A DNA stretch of 64,000 nucleotides from Squalus acanthias (Eukaryota), in assembly GCA_030390025.1 (NCBI GenBank), contig CM059431.1, forward strand, positions 148,182,001 through 148,246,000, read 5' to 3'. The first letter of the stretch is position 1. Each line of letters opens with the position of its first letter. The notes beneath the pieces are model-generated. The model was not told the DNA's origin, did no database searches, and was given only the letters and a program-made list of their open reading frames with translations. The translations under genes were made by a program, and so were the position numbers. Of the stretch, positions 23,053-34,844 are shown in pieces.

Positions 23053-24246
23053 ACCTAATGCTCGGTATGGTTACTGAAAGAGTCACAGGAACAAATCCTG
23101 GCAGATCACACCCACATCTTTAAATGTCTGAAATATCCGCGAATCATTCAGTTCCAGCCAGCGTCTCCTTTCCCACCATCTCCAGCTCTGCATTAGTGGC
23201 TCTGCTTCTGATGGTTAGAATAGGATTACAAGGATAATTTACAGTCTCAAAAAACGTTCAGTCAGCCATATTTCAATAACTTTAATTCCAATCTTTGTTT
23301 TGAATTTACAATTGGAGCCCATGCCCACCTCTCACTAACAGTTCAGTGGATCTCTCTGTGAGACCCAGAGTGATTCTCTATTACCTCCTGCTGTACTGCA
23401 GAATAAACAATCCCAGCTGCTTGTAACTGAAGTACTGAGGGTAAGAAAATCCTTTCATATTTTCTCGTCTAATATTCCCGGCACAAATTGGAAACCAACA
23501 GGTGAAAAAGTACAAGGATAAATCTCTTCCATTTGTGTTCAGATACTTTACAAAAACAATCGGCGGCACTTTGCATGTTGGATAAGTCGCGTGATTATGA
23601 TGCCAACAAAATACATTTAGTCGGATATTCCCTGCTCCATGAATACCTTTTTATTTTAATAAAGAGTCCACTGTTTCTGTTTTTTGGAAAATCTTCCTTT
23701 CAATGAGCTACAATTTGTGTATTTCAACATAAATGCAGAAAACTCAATCTTCAAAAGATTTCTTGCAGCCCAGTTATCTTTATAACTGCAGTGAACTTGT
23801 ATTTATTATCTTAGCATTTGCATATTACAGCCGTACATTTTAAATACAATTGCTTGCAATCATTGCACGGCAAGATTGCAGTTTCTGCATTTTGCTGTTC
23901 CATTCATTTTCAGACATAAATATAAAGGATATTCTAACCAGGAGCAGGAATCCAAGTGGGATTTCCCATTCCCTAACATAACGGGCACTGAAGCGAATTG
24001 CACCGCTCCGAATGCTGACTGATCCCGGGACACGATGGCTTCCTGAGAGGTTCTGGTCCTTTGAGTCCCTGATACCTCTGGCGGAGCTTTTGTCTGCTGG
24101 GATAAAGGCAGATCTATCATTTAATCTCTCATTAATCAAACATCTGTTGCTTTCCTGTTGTATTTATCTCCGTTTCATTTATTGATTCAACAATTGATTC
24201 CCGATTATTCTTTCAATAAACCCTGTATTCAGCTCCACAGGTAATA

Positions 24247-24925
24247 GGGCCAGAAATTCGACACTTGCCGGGTGAGTACCCGCTGTGTACTCACCCGTAA
24301 GGCCACCTGAGGTGCCGGTTTCCTGCATGCACTGCGCATCTGCGGGAAACCGGAACTTCCGTTCCCCTGTTGGGAGGGGTTCAGAGGTGAACCTAGTGCG
24401 GTAGAGGCTGTGCGCACGCAGCGAACTTCAGTTCTTCTTCAGGTTTCTCCGGGAAGGTAAGTATGGAAGAAGCTCCGCTTTTAAAAAGGAGGTGCAAGAC
24501 CCGTTTTTAACAAGGTAAGTGATTCATTAATTACTATTTAATATTTTTTTCAACAGCTTTATCTTTGTTCGATACTTTAAAGAAAGGTAAGTTTATTTTT
24601 AGCACTGTTAAAAAGTATTTTATTTTTTTCTAAAATTTAAATTTTTGTTTAAAGTAGTTAATTTATTTAACTTATACTTGTTTAAAAATGTGATGGTTTT
24701 TAAAAAAAAAATATTTGTAGTTTTAGAGAAGTTCTGGAGCCGATTTGTATTCATAGATTTGACAGGTCTTAAATCTATGAATGAAAGATGGTCTGCTGCC
24801 ATTGGCTCTCCATGGCCCACGTGATTCCAGGGGACGCATCGCACGAACTGCGCCACCAAGATACACAAGCACTGCACGCCGGCACCTTGCACCCGCGGGA
24901 AACCAGGGAGCCTAATTTCTGGGCC
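24247..24925. mobile_element. MITE (non-autonomous DNA transposon) in the GPCR intron
   Basis: Imperfect TIRs GGGCCAGAAATT / AATTTCTGGGCC. A related copy lies in the opposite orientation at 37239-38004. Absent from the paralogous intron. Confidence 0.8.
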
Positions 24926-24980
24926 TGCTCTTGCTCCCAGCCTGATGTCTAACTTCCCTGTTTATTTATCTTCCTCACAG

Positions 24981-25882
24981 TGAACTTAGTGACGATTGTG
25001 ATCATGTCTCAGGGAAAGTGCGGTCTCTCCAAATGTGTCACTCGCTACCTGGTGGCCATGGCAGCGGCGGATCTACTGGTCATTATCATCGACCTGATAT
25101 TGAGGCAGATTCCGATTGTTTATTGGAGACAGTTTATTTTCCTGCGTTCCATCCGGGTGTGTAATATCCACGCCGTCCTGCTTTATGCAGCCACAGATTG
25201 TTCTGTCTGGTTCACCGTCACTTTCACCTTTGATCGATTTGTGGCCATTTGTCTCCAGAAGCTGAAAACTAAATATTGCACCAAGGAAACGGCGGCTGTG
25301 GTTCTGGGCACAGTGACTGTGCTGAGCTGTTTAAAGAACATCTTCTGGTATTTTCTGTTGACATATCGGTATCGGCTTCAGAACACCCCCTGGTTTTGTG
25401 AGGTAACATACACTGTTATGATTTCACGGGTCTGGGGAGCAATCGAGCTCGTTCATTATCTTCTCACCCCGGGCGTCCCATTTTTTGTGATTCTGCTGCT
25501 CAATGCTGCCACCGTCAGACACATTTTAGTGGCCAGCAGAGCCCGCAGGAGACTCCGGGGTCCCAACAGTTTGGAGAGTCCCAGAGACCCAGAGATGGAG
25601 AGCCCCAGGAATTCCATAATTTTACTGCTTGTTATCTCCGGCAATTTCATCCTGTTATGGGCAATGTTCATGGTGATTTATATATGGAACCGGTTGTGGT
25701 ATTCGGAGTATCATTCTGTATCTCTACCTCTTTATGTACAGAAAATAGCATTGATGCTGCAGCTGCTGAGTTGCTGCACAAACACTGGGATTTATGCCGT
25801 GACCCAGACTAAGTTCCGAGAGCAGTTGAAGAATGTGGGGAAATATCCCTTTAATCAGATTTTAAAATTCATTAAAGGATGA
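24981..25882 (+). CDS. Orphan class A GPCR (GPR139/GPR142-like), copy A, coding exon 2 (spliced CDS 1014 nt, 337 aa)
   Basis: Acceptor TCTTCCTCACAG|; TM1 Asn, MAAADLLV (TM2), C...FTFDRFVAIC (TM3), ECL2 WFC, TM5 P...LLN, TM7 NTGIY and helix 8 KFRE. Confidence 0.92.
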
Positions 25883-26019
25883 GAAGAAGCGGAGACTTTG
25901 CCGCCTGAGATTTCCCTGGGCCTGATATTTTGAGCGAGCCGCCAGTTATCTGGGGACATTAACACGCTCACTCACACACTGTCTGCGCTGGGCTCCCTGT
26001 GAGTGGCGGCCATCTGTCA

Positions 26020-26400
26020 GGGCCCTCTGGAGAGGCAGCAGTGCCCTAGAGAAAGATGGCCGACCTCAAACGCGCCCCCTAAAGCAGCGCAACACCCGCC
26101 CGCTCAATGATCGCGGCAACCCTGCCCTCGACAAAGATGGCGGCGCCGCTCAATGAGCAAAAAAGCGGGACCGGCCCCGTTCAAAGATGGCGGCAATGGC
26201 GCCCCGCACAAAGATGGCGTCTGTCTGTCTCTGTCTCTCTGTCTCTCTATCGGGGGCTTCCCCCTGGGTCGATTGCCACCATTGAGGTTTCCCCTTTCCC
26301 AGAAGCGAGGCCGCGGAGTGACGGCGGGAGGCCAGAGTCCGGAGGGCGGCAGCAGCGGGAGGCCTGGTTACCCTGGAAACGGGCGGGCGGCGAGGGGGAG
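26020..26400. promoter_or_regulatory. GC/CpG-rich element with clustered YY1-like motifs (AAGATGGCGGC), copy 2
   Basis: Four AAAGATGGC motifs between ~26052 and 26220, starting ~170 bp after the GPCR stop codon. Confidence 0.5.
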
Positions 26401-26579
26401 CATTAATGACCATTATGAAAACATCATTGTAATTCATTAAGACCATTAAGAAAACATTATAACTCTTTCTAACTCATAATGAGCACTAATAAAGCATAAT
26501 AAACCTTTATAAATCATGATGATCATTAATAAATCATTATAACCCTGTATAAATCATTTTGACCACTAATAAAACATAT

Positions 26580-29500
26580 AATGACATCTCCTCAGGACTC
26601 TAGCCCCAGCATGGTGCAAGTGAAGCCCGTCCAAACGGAACAGCTCCCTCTTATCCCAGTACTGGTGACAGTGCCCCACAAATCGGAACCCATTTCTCCC
26701 ACAACAGTCTTTGAGCCACTCGTTCATTTCTCTGATCTTATTTACCCTATGCAAATTCGCTCGCGGCTCAGGTAGTAATCCAAAGATTATTACCTTTGTG
26801 GTTCTGCTTTTTAATTTAACCCCTCGCTGCTCATACTCTCTCAGCAGAAACTCTTTCTTTGTCCTACCTATATCATTGGTACCTCCGTGGACCATGACAA
26901 CTGGATCTTCCCCCTCCCTCTGCAAGTTTCTCTCCAGCCCAGAGTCCTGGCAAATCGAATAACTGAGGCTGTACAGAGGGCTTTAAACTAAATAGTGGGG
27001 GGGAGGATCCAGATGAGCGGGAAAATAAAAAAGTCTATAAAAATGAGAAAGCAATAGAGCAGGCTGGAGATGGGTGAAATAATAACTAGAGTATGACAGG
27101 AAGGGACAGAATGATTAAAAATAAGAGTGTAACAGAAAAAAAGGCCTAAACATGGAAAAATGGTAAGAAGAGAAAGTTAAAAGCTCTATATCTGAATGCA
27201 TGCAGCATTCGTAACAAGATAAATGAGTTGACGGCACAAAAAGATATAAATGGGTATGATCTGATCGCCATTACAGAGAGGTGGTTGCAAGGCGACCAGG
27301 GCTGGGAACTGAATATTCCAGGGTATATGATAATTCAGAAGGATAGAAAGAAAGGAAAGGGAGGTGGGGTGACTTTGTTGGTAAAAGATGGGATCAGTGA
27401 ATTGGTGAGAAGTGATATTGGCTCAGAAGATCAAGATGTAGAATCGGTTTGGGTGGAGATAAAAAATAATATGGGGTAAAAGTCTCTGGGGGGGCGGAGG
27501 CGCGTAGTCTACAGGCCCCCGAAGAGTAGCAATGCTGTTGGACAGAGTATAAATCAACAAATAATGGAGGCCTGTAAAAAAGTGGTACGGTAATAATCAT
27601 GGGTGATTTTAATCTCCATATTGATTGGACAAATTAAATTAGCCATGGTAGCCTGGAGGAGGAGTTCATAGAGTGCATCCGGGATGTTTTCCTAGAACAG
27701 TATGTCATGGAACCAACCAGGGAGCAGGCTATCTTGGATCTGGTACTATGTAATGAGACAGAATTTATAAATGATCTCATAGTAAAGGATCATCTAGCAA
27801 AGAGTGATCATTGCATGGTTGAATTTCAAATTCAGCTGGAGGTTGAGAAAGTTGTATCCCAAACCAGTGTCCTGATCTTAAACAAAGGCAATTAAAATAG
27901 CATGAGGGCAGAACTGGCTAAAGTGGACTGGAAAAATAAATTACAGGGTAAGAAAGTTGAAATGCAGTGGCGGACATGTAAGGTGATATTTCATAACTCT
28001 CAAGAAAAATATATTCCAGGGAGAAAGAAAGATTTTAACAGAAGGGAGCACCATCAGTGGCTAACTAAGGAAGTATAGGATGGTATCAAATTGAAAACGA
28101 AGGCATACAATGTTGCCAAGATTGGTGGGAGACCAGAGGATTGGGACATTTTTAAAAACCAGCAATGGATGACTAAAAATATAATAAAGAGAGAGAAGAT
28201 GAATTATGAGAGTAAGCTGGCAAGAAACATTAAAACAGATAGTAAGAGCTTCTACAGGTATATAAAAAGGAAGAGGGTAGCTAAAGTAAATGTTGGTCGC
28301 TTAGAGGATGAGACTGGGGAATTAATAATGGGGAACGGAAAAATGGCAAGACTTTGAACAAATATTTTGCATCTGTCTTCACTGTAGAAGACACTAACAA
28401 CATCCCAATAATGGACAAACAAGGGGCCATAGGGAGGGGGCAACTAAAGACATTCACTATCACTAAGGAAATAGTACTTGGTAAAATAATGGGACTAAAA
28501 GACGACAAGTCCCCTGGACCAGATGGCCTGCATCCCAGGGTCTTAAAAGAAGTGGCTGCAGAGATAGTGGATGCATTGGTTGCAATATACCAAAATTCCT
28601 TGGACTCTGGAGAGGTCCCAGCGGAATGGAAAACCGCTAATGTAACACACCTATTTAAGAAAGGAGGGAGACAGAAAGCAGGAAACTATAGACTAGTTAG
28701 CCTAAAATCTGTCGTTGGGAAAATGCTGGAGACCTTCATGAAGGAAGCAGTAGCCGGGCATTTAGAAAAACATACTGCAGTCAAACAGAGTCAGCATGGT
28801 TTTAGGAAAAGGGAATCAAGTTTAACAGATTTGCTGGAGTTCTTTGAGGATGTAACAAGCAGGGTGGACAAGGGTGAGCCAGTGGATGTGGTGTATTTGG
28901 ATTTCCAGAAGGCATTCGATATGTGTCACATAAAAGGTTACTGCATCAGAGAAGAGGTCACGGAGTTGGGGGTAATATATTAGCATGGATAGAGATGGGC
29001 TACCTAACAGAAAGCAGAGAGTGGGGATAAATGGGTCATTTTCTGGTTGGCAAACGGTAACTAGTGGGATGCCACAAGGATAGGTGCTGCGGCCCCAACT
29101 ATTTACAATCTACAGTAATGACTTGGATGAAGGGATCGAGTGTAATGTAGCCAAATTTGCAGATGATACCAAGATGGGCGTGAAAGCAAGTTGTGCAGAG
29201 GACTCAAAGTATCTGCAAAGGCATATAAACAGATTAGGTGAGTGGGAAAACATTTCACAGATGGAGTATAATGTGGGAAAGTGCGGGGTTATCCACATTG
29301 GCAGGAAAAATAAAAAAGCAAACTATTATTTAAATGGAGAGAGATTACAAAATGCTACAGTTCCGAAGGACTTGGGGGTCCTTGTGCATGAAACACAAAA
29401 CGTTAGTATGCAGGTTCAGCAAGGGGGTTGGTGTATAATAGCAGGGAAGTCCTGCTACAACTGTACAAGGTATTGGTGAGACCACACATTGAGAACTGCG

Positions 29501-30070
29501 TACAGTTTTGGTCTCCTTATTTAAGGAAGGATATATTTGCATTGGAGGCAGTTCGGGGACGATTCACTAGGTTAATTCCAGAGATGAGGGTTTTGACATA
29601 TGAGGCAAGGTTGAGCAGGCTGGGCCTATAATCATTGGAATTTAGAAGAATGAGAGGTGATCTTATCGAAACATTTGATCTTATCGAAACATTTGAGATT
29701 CTGAGGGGGCTCGACAGGGTAGATGCAGAGAGGATGTTTCCCCCCATGGGAAAATCTAGAATTCGGGGGCACAGTCTCAGAATAAATGGTCGCCCTTTTA
29801 GAACTGAGATGAGGAGGAACTTCTTCTCTCAGAGGGTCGTAAATTTGTGGAATTCTCTGCCCCAGACAGCTGTGGAGGCTGGGTCATTAAACACATTTAA
29901 AGTGCAGATAGACACATGTTTGCCAGATAAGGGAGTGAAGGGTTATGGGGAGCGGGCTGGGAAGTGGCTTTGAGCCCCAGATGAGCCATGATCGTATTGA
30001 ATGTCTGAGGAGGCTCGTGGGGTCAAATGATCCATTCCTGCTCCTATTTCTTATGTTCTTATGTTCTTCT
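26580..30070 (+). mobile_element. Decayed CR1 LINE (older family), ORF1 C-terminus through 3' tail, with its ORF1 part locally inverted
   Basis: Frameshifted APE/RT fragments at 27228-29973, (TTCTTATG)n tail at ~30050-30068, esterase fragment on the minus strand at 26594-26943. Confidence 0.92.
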
Positions 30071-30074
30071 ACCC

Positions 30075-32772
30075 ATAGTCATACTTAGCACAAAGGAAGA
30101 TGGTTGTGGTGGTTGAAGGTCAATCATCACAACCCCAGGACATCGCTGTAGGAGTTCCTCAGGGCAGTATCTTAGGCACAACCATCTTCAGCTGCTTCAT
30201 CAATGACCTTCTGTAAGGGGTGACGTGTGGCTCTGTGCTTAGCCTGGGTGCTAGTGCGGGGTTAGGCCTTGTTGCCTGTTCTGGTCTCCAGCCAGCCTGG
30301 TAACACTAGACACCTGTGAGTGGTTCGACCCACTCGCCCTTACGGTTCTGCCACTGGACTAAAGTGCGAGAGCAATAATGCAGAGAAAACTCAGGTAGAC
30401 CCGGTTGAATAGTGCGAAATGTAAAATCGTTATTGCATATTATTCAAGATTACGAAATACATGTCATAAGCACAGATTAATGACAGTCCAAACTTACATA
30501 CATTTATGCAACTAGGTTTAGGGAAACGAGGAGCGCACGACACATTGTAAAAAGGGACACACGTTATAATTATCTTTAAAACTTAAACCCTCCCCTATCA
30601 ATACCTGTCCTAATCTAGATTTGTAGGATCGTGACTCATGCTCACCACCCGTGATAACTCGGAGAATTCCGAAACTCTGCTCGGATGTGTTTACCGCAGC
30701 ACCTGACTATCCACGTGTTGATCAGGGGTCTCTGTACCCCACTTGTTTACTCGCTTCTGCTCCGGCTAGCAGGCTGGACCGTCTGCTGTCATGAAGATCT
30801 GTGTTGACCTCGGAGTTCTGATACTTCTCAAAAAAAGTGTCTTCCTGTGTCCTACACCAGTTGTCGGTAGAACTCGAAGAATAGTCTTCTCGGGCCAGTT
30901 GTGGAGTAGCCGATAGAATACGAAAATGGTCCTTATATTTTTAGGCGCGGTCGGGGCTTACTGACCGCGGCGACACGTGTAGTCTTCTTCTCATCTCATG
31001 TCATCTCATCTCTTCTCGGGCCTTCGGTTCCAACACCGTTTACCGACTCCTCGGGATGGTGCGCTCACTTCCAGGCCTTCACAGCCCAGTTCTCCACAGA
31101 TCTTCGCGGCAAGCCACGAGGTTGATTCTAACGGATCAGAGTCCAGAGTCGTCAGGCAAGAGAATAAGAGTCCAGCAGCCTTCCAGCGAGTCAAAGCAGC
31201 AAGAGAAAGATGGACGGTTGTACTTTACAGTTATAGTGCTGTAATTCCCATTTTCCCACCCAATCTTAATGTCTATCTTTTGTCAGGTTTTGGCGCTCAA
31301 AACTTCTTGTATGGGGTGATCTCAGTCTTTAATGGCTTTCGGTGACACTTGTAACTGTCTGAGTACCCGTTAATATTTTTCCCATTGTGGAACCGGCTAG
31401 TAGTCTCCCTGGAGGGGTTTTGGGGCTTCCAAATGCTTGCTGTGAGTACCCGCGAACGTCTCTCTCATCGTAGAGCCGTGGGGATTTTGCATATTAATTT
31501 CTTTGGATGGGTCCTTGATCGCCCAGTGCAATAGCCCTTGTTTGCACCTGGAAGACCGATTCCAGTATTTATGTTTAAAATGCAAACCCATCGCGTCTTG
31601 TCATTATCTCAAATGTGCTGAGTCCTGTCCGATCTCGCTGAAATGTTTATTGAAACGCCATCTTGTCTGCCTACTGAAAGTCTAGAACTTTCTGCCACGA
31701 GGCGTGGCGGCCATTTTACAGGCTGTTTGTGTCCGTTTTGAAACCTGACAGCATTCTGCTGAAATAAAGCTGTTTATACGAAACTTTATGTCTCCTTCTT
31801 ATTATTATAAAATCGCGATGATTTTGCGAATTCTACACTTCCCTCCAACATAAGGTCAGAGATGGGAATGTTCGCTTTATACTGCAAAGTGTTCAGTGCT
31901 CTTCACAGCTCCTCAGATAATAAAGCAGTCCATGCCCGCATGCAACAAGATCTGGACGACGTTCAGTCTTGAGCTGATAATTGGCAGATAACATTCGACC
32001 CACAGAAGTGTCAGGCATAGACTAACTCCAACAAGCGAGAGTCTTACCACCGCTCCTTGACATTCAATGGCATTACCATCGGCGAATCTCCCACCATCAA
32101 CATGCTGGGGCTCAACATTGACCAGAAACTTAACTGGATCAGCCACCAGAATAATGTGGCAACAAGAGCAGGTCAGAGGCTGGGTATTCTGCGGCGAGTG
32201 TCTCACTTCCTGAATCCCCAAAGCTTTTCTACCATCCACAAGGCACAAGTTAGGAGTTTGAGGGAATACTATCCACTTGCCTGGATGAGTGCAACTCCAG
32301 CAACACTCAAGAAGCTCGGCACCATCCAGGACAAAGCAGCCCGCTTGATTGGCACCCCATCTACCACCTTAAACATTCATTCCCTCCACCACTGGCGTAC
32401 CGTGGCTGCAGTGTGTACCGTCTACAAGATGCACTGCAGCAACTCGCGAAGGCTTCTTCGGCGGCACCTAGCAGTCCTGCAACCTCCTCCACGTCGAAGG
32501 ACAAGGGCAGCAGGCTCATGGGAATTCCACCACCTGCAAGTTCCCCTCCAAGTCACACACCATCCTGATTTAGAATTATATCACCGATCTTTCATCATCG
32601 CTGTGTCAAAATCCTGGAACTCCCATCCTAACTACACTGAGAGAGTACCTTCACCACACAGGACTGCAGCGGTTCAAGAGGGCGGCTCACCACCACCTTC
32701 TCAAAGGCTGTCACGGATGGGCAACAAATGCTGGCATTGCCAGCGACACCCACATTCCATAAACGAATAAAA
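30075..32772 (+). mobile_element. 5'-truncated non-LTR retrotransposon of a second family (CR1/L2-type RT), interrupted by a solo LTR
   Basis: GVPQGSILG...FSCFINDL before the LTR and the RT C-terminal region after it (32057-32770). Uninterrupted mirror at 48300-49362. Confidence 0.85.
30212..31837 (-). mobile_element. Solo LTR (1626 bp)
   Basis: TGTA...TACA termini; 4-bp TSD CTTC at 30208-30211 and 31838-31841; empty site at ~49225; no coding capacity. Strand inferred from similarity to the 41504-42647 LTR. Confidence 0.88.
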
Positions 32773-32911
32773 TAAAATACATTATAACCCTTTATAAATC
32801 ACTATGACCATTACCAAATCTTCATAACAATTTATAAATCATTATGACCATTAATAAAACATTATAACCCTTTATAAATCATTATGACCATTAATAAAAC
32901 ATCATAACCCT

Positions 32912-33790
32912 TGGTCATACCTAGCAGAACGCAAGGTGGTTGTGGTGGTTGAATGTCAATCATCACAGCCCCAGGACTTCGCTGCAGGTTTTCCTCAGTG
33001 CAGTGTCCTGGGCCAAACCATCTTCAGCTGCTTCATCAATGACCTTTCCTCCAACATAAGGTCAGAAATGAGGATGTTCGCTGATGACTGCACAGTGTTC
33101 AGTGCCATTCACAACTCCTCAGATAATGAAGCAGTCCATGCCCGCATGCAACGGGACCTGGACGTCGTTCAGGCTTGGGCTGATAAGTGCCAGTTAACAT
33201 TTGCGCCACACAATTGCCAGGCAATGACTATCTCCATCAAGTGAGAGTCTAACCACCGCCCCTTGAAAGTGAATGGCATTACCATCGCCGAATACCCCAC
33301 CATCAACATCCTGCGCGTCACCATTTACCAGAAACGTAACTGGTGCAGCCACTTGAATACTGTGACATCATCCAGGACAAAGCAGCCCGCTTGATTGGCA
33401 CCCCACCTACCACCTTAAACATTCACTCCCTCCACTACCAGCGTAACATGGCTGCAGTGTGTACCATCTAGAAGATGCACTGCAGCAACTCGCCAAGGCT
33501 TCTTCGGCAGCGCCTCCCACCCGCAACCTCTTCCACCTAGAAGGACAAGGGCAGCAGGCGCATGGGAACACCACCACCTCCAAGTTCCCCTCCAAGTCAC
33601 ACACCATCCTGTCTTAGAATTATATCACCGGTCCTTCCTCATCACTTGGTCAAAATCGTGGAACTCCCTCCCTAACAGCACTGTGAGAGTCCCTTCACCA
33701 CACCGGACTGCAGCGACTCGCCACCACCTTCTCAAGGGCAATTAGGGATGGGCAACAAATGCTGGCCTTGCCAGCGACACCCATATTCCA
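32912..33790 (+). mobile_element. Second copy of the same truncated LINE, internally deleted
   Basis: Same 5' truncation point (GTCATACCTAGCA); GFPQCSVLG...MFADD. Mirror at 47265-48165. Confidence 0.82.
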
Positions 33791-33793
33791 TAA

Positions 33794-34776
33794 TTTACAT
33801 TAATGACCTGGATCAGGGAGTCGGATGCAGCATTTCCAAATTTGCAGACGACACTAAACTAGGAGGGGGGGTGGGCTCAGAGGAGGAGACCAGGAAGCTC
33901 CAGAGCGATTTGGACAGACTGGGTGATTGGGCGGATAAATGGCAGATGCACTATAATGTGGACAAGTGCGAAGTTATCCACCTTGGGTGCAGGAACGGGA
34001 GGGCAAATTATTATTTAAATGGCAATAAATTGGGAGAGGGGGAAGTACAGAGAGACCTGGGTGTTCTTGTACACCAGTCACTGAAGGCGAGCATGCAGGT
34101 GCAACAGGCGATCAAGAAGGCAAACGGTATGCTGGCCTTCATAGCAAAAGGGTTGGAATACAGGAACAGGGATACCTTGCTGCAGCTGTACAGGGCACTG
34201 GTGAGACCACACCTCGAGTACTGTGTACAGTTTTGGTCGCCTCATCTGAGGAAAGATGTTCTTGCCATGGAGGGGGTGCAGCGGCGATTCACCAGGCTGA
34301 TACCAGGAATGGCGGGATTGACCTATGAGGAGAGACTATGTAGTTTAGGGATGTACACACTGGAGTTTAGAAGATTGAGAGGGGACCTCATAGAAGTGTA
34401 TAAAATTCTGACAGGTCTAGACAGACTAGATGCAGAAGGAATGTTTCCCTTGGCGGGTGAGAACAGAACTAGAGGACATAATTTAAGGATAAGGGCTAAA
34501 CCATTTAGGACAGAAATGAGGGGGAATTTCTTCACTCAGAGGGTGGTGAACCTGTGGAACTCATTGCCACAGAGGGCAGTGTACGCCAGCTCATTAAATA
34601 TATTTAAGAGGGAATTAGATATATTTCTACAGGCAAAAGGGGTTAAGGGTTACGGAGAGAAGGCGGGGACGGGATACTGAATTGGAGGATCAGCCATGAT
34701 CTCATTAAATGGCGGAGCAGGCTCGAAGGGCTGGATGGCCTACTCCTGCTCCTATCTTCTATGTATGTATCTATGT
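33794..34776 (+). mobile_element. ~1-kb 5'-truncated copy of the young CR1 family
   Basis: Protein nearly identical to ORF2 of 17063-19930 (3 differences visible); ATAA/ATAA flanks; empty site at ~47272. Confidence 0.95.
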
Positions 34777-34844
34777 ATAAACGAATAAAATAAAATAATA
34801 CATTATAACCCTTTATAAATCATTATGACCATTATTAAATCATT

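Noticed and set aside
24980..24982. GTG start for a single-exon 300-aa receptor (also at 54360)
   Set aside because: The G is the last base of the AG acceptor; the N-terminus and first half of TM1 come from the upstream exon.
33748..34680. 310-aa ORF as a novel chimeric gene
   Set aside because: Chance in-frame fusion of an older LINE 3' end with a truncated CR1 insertion.
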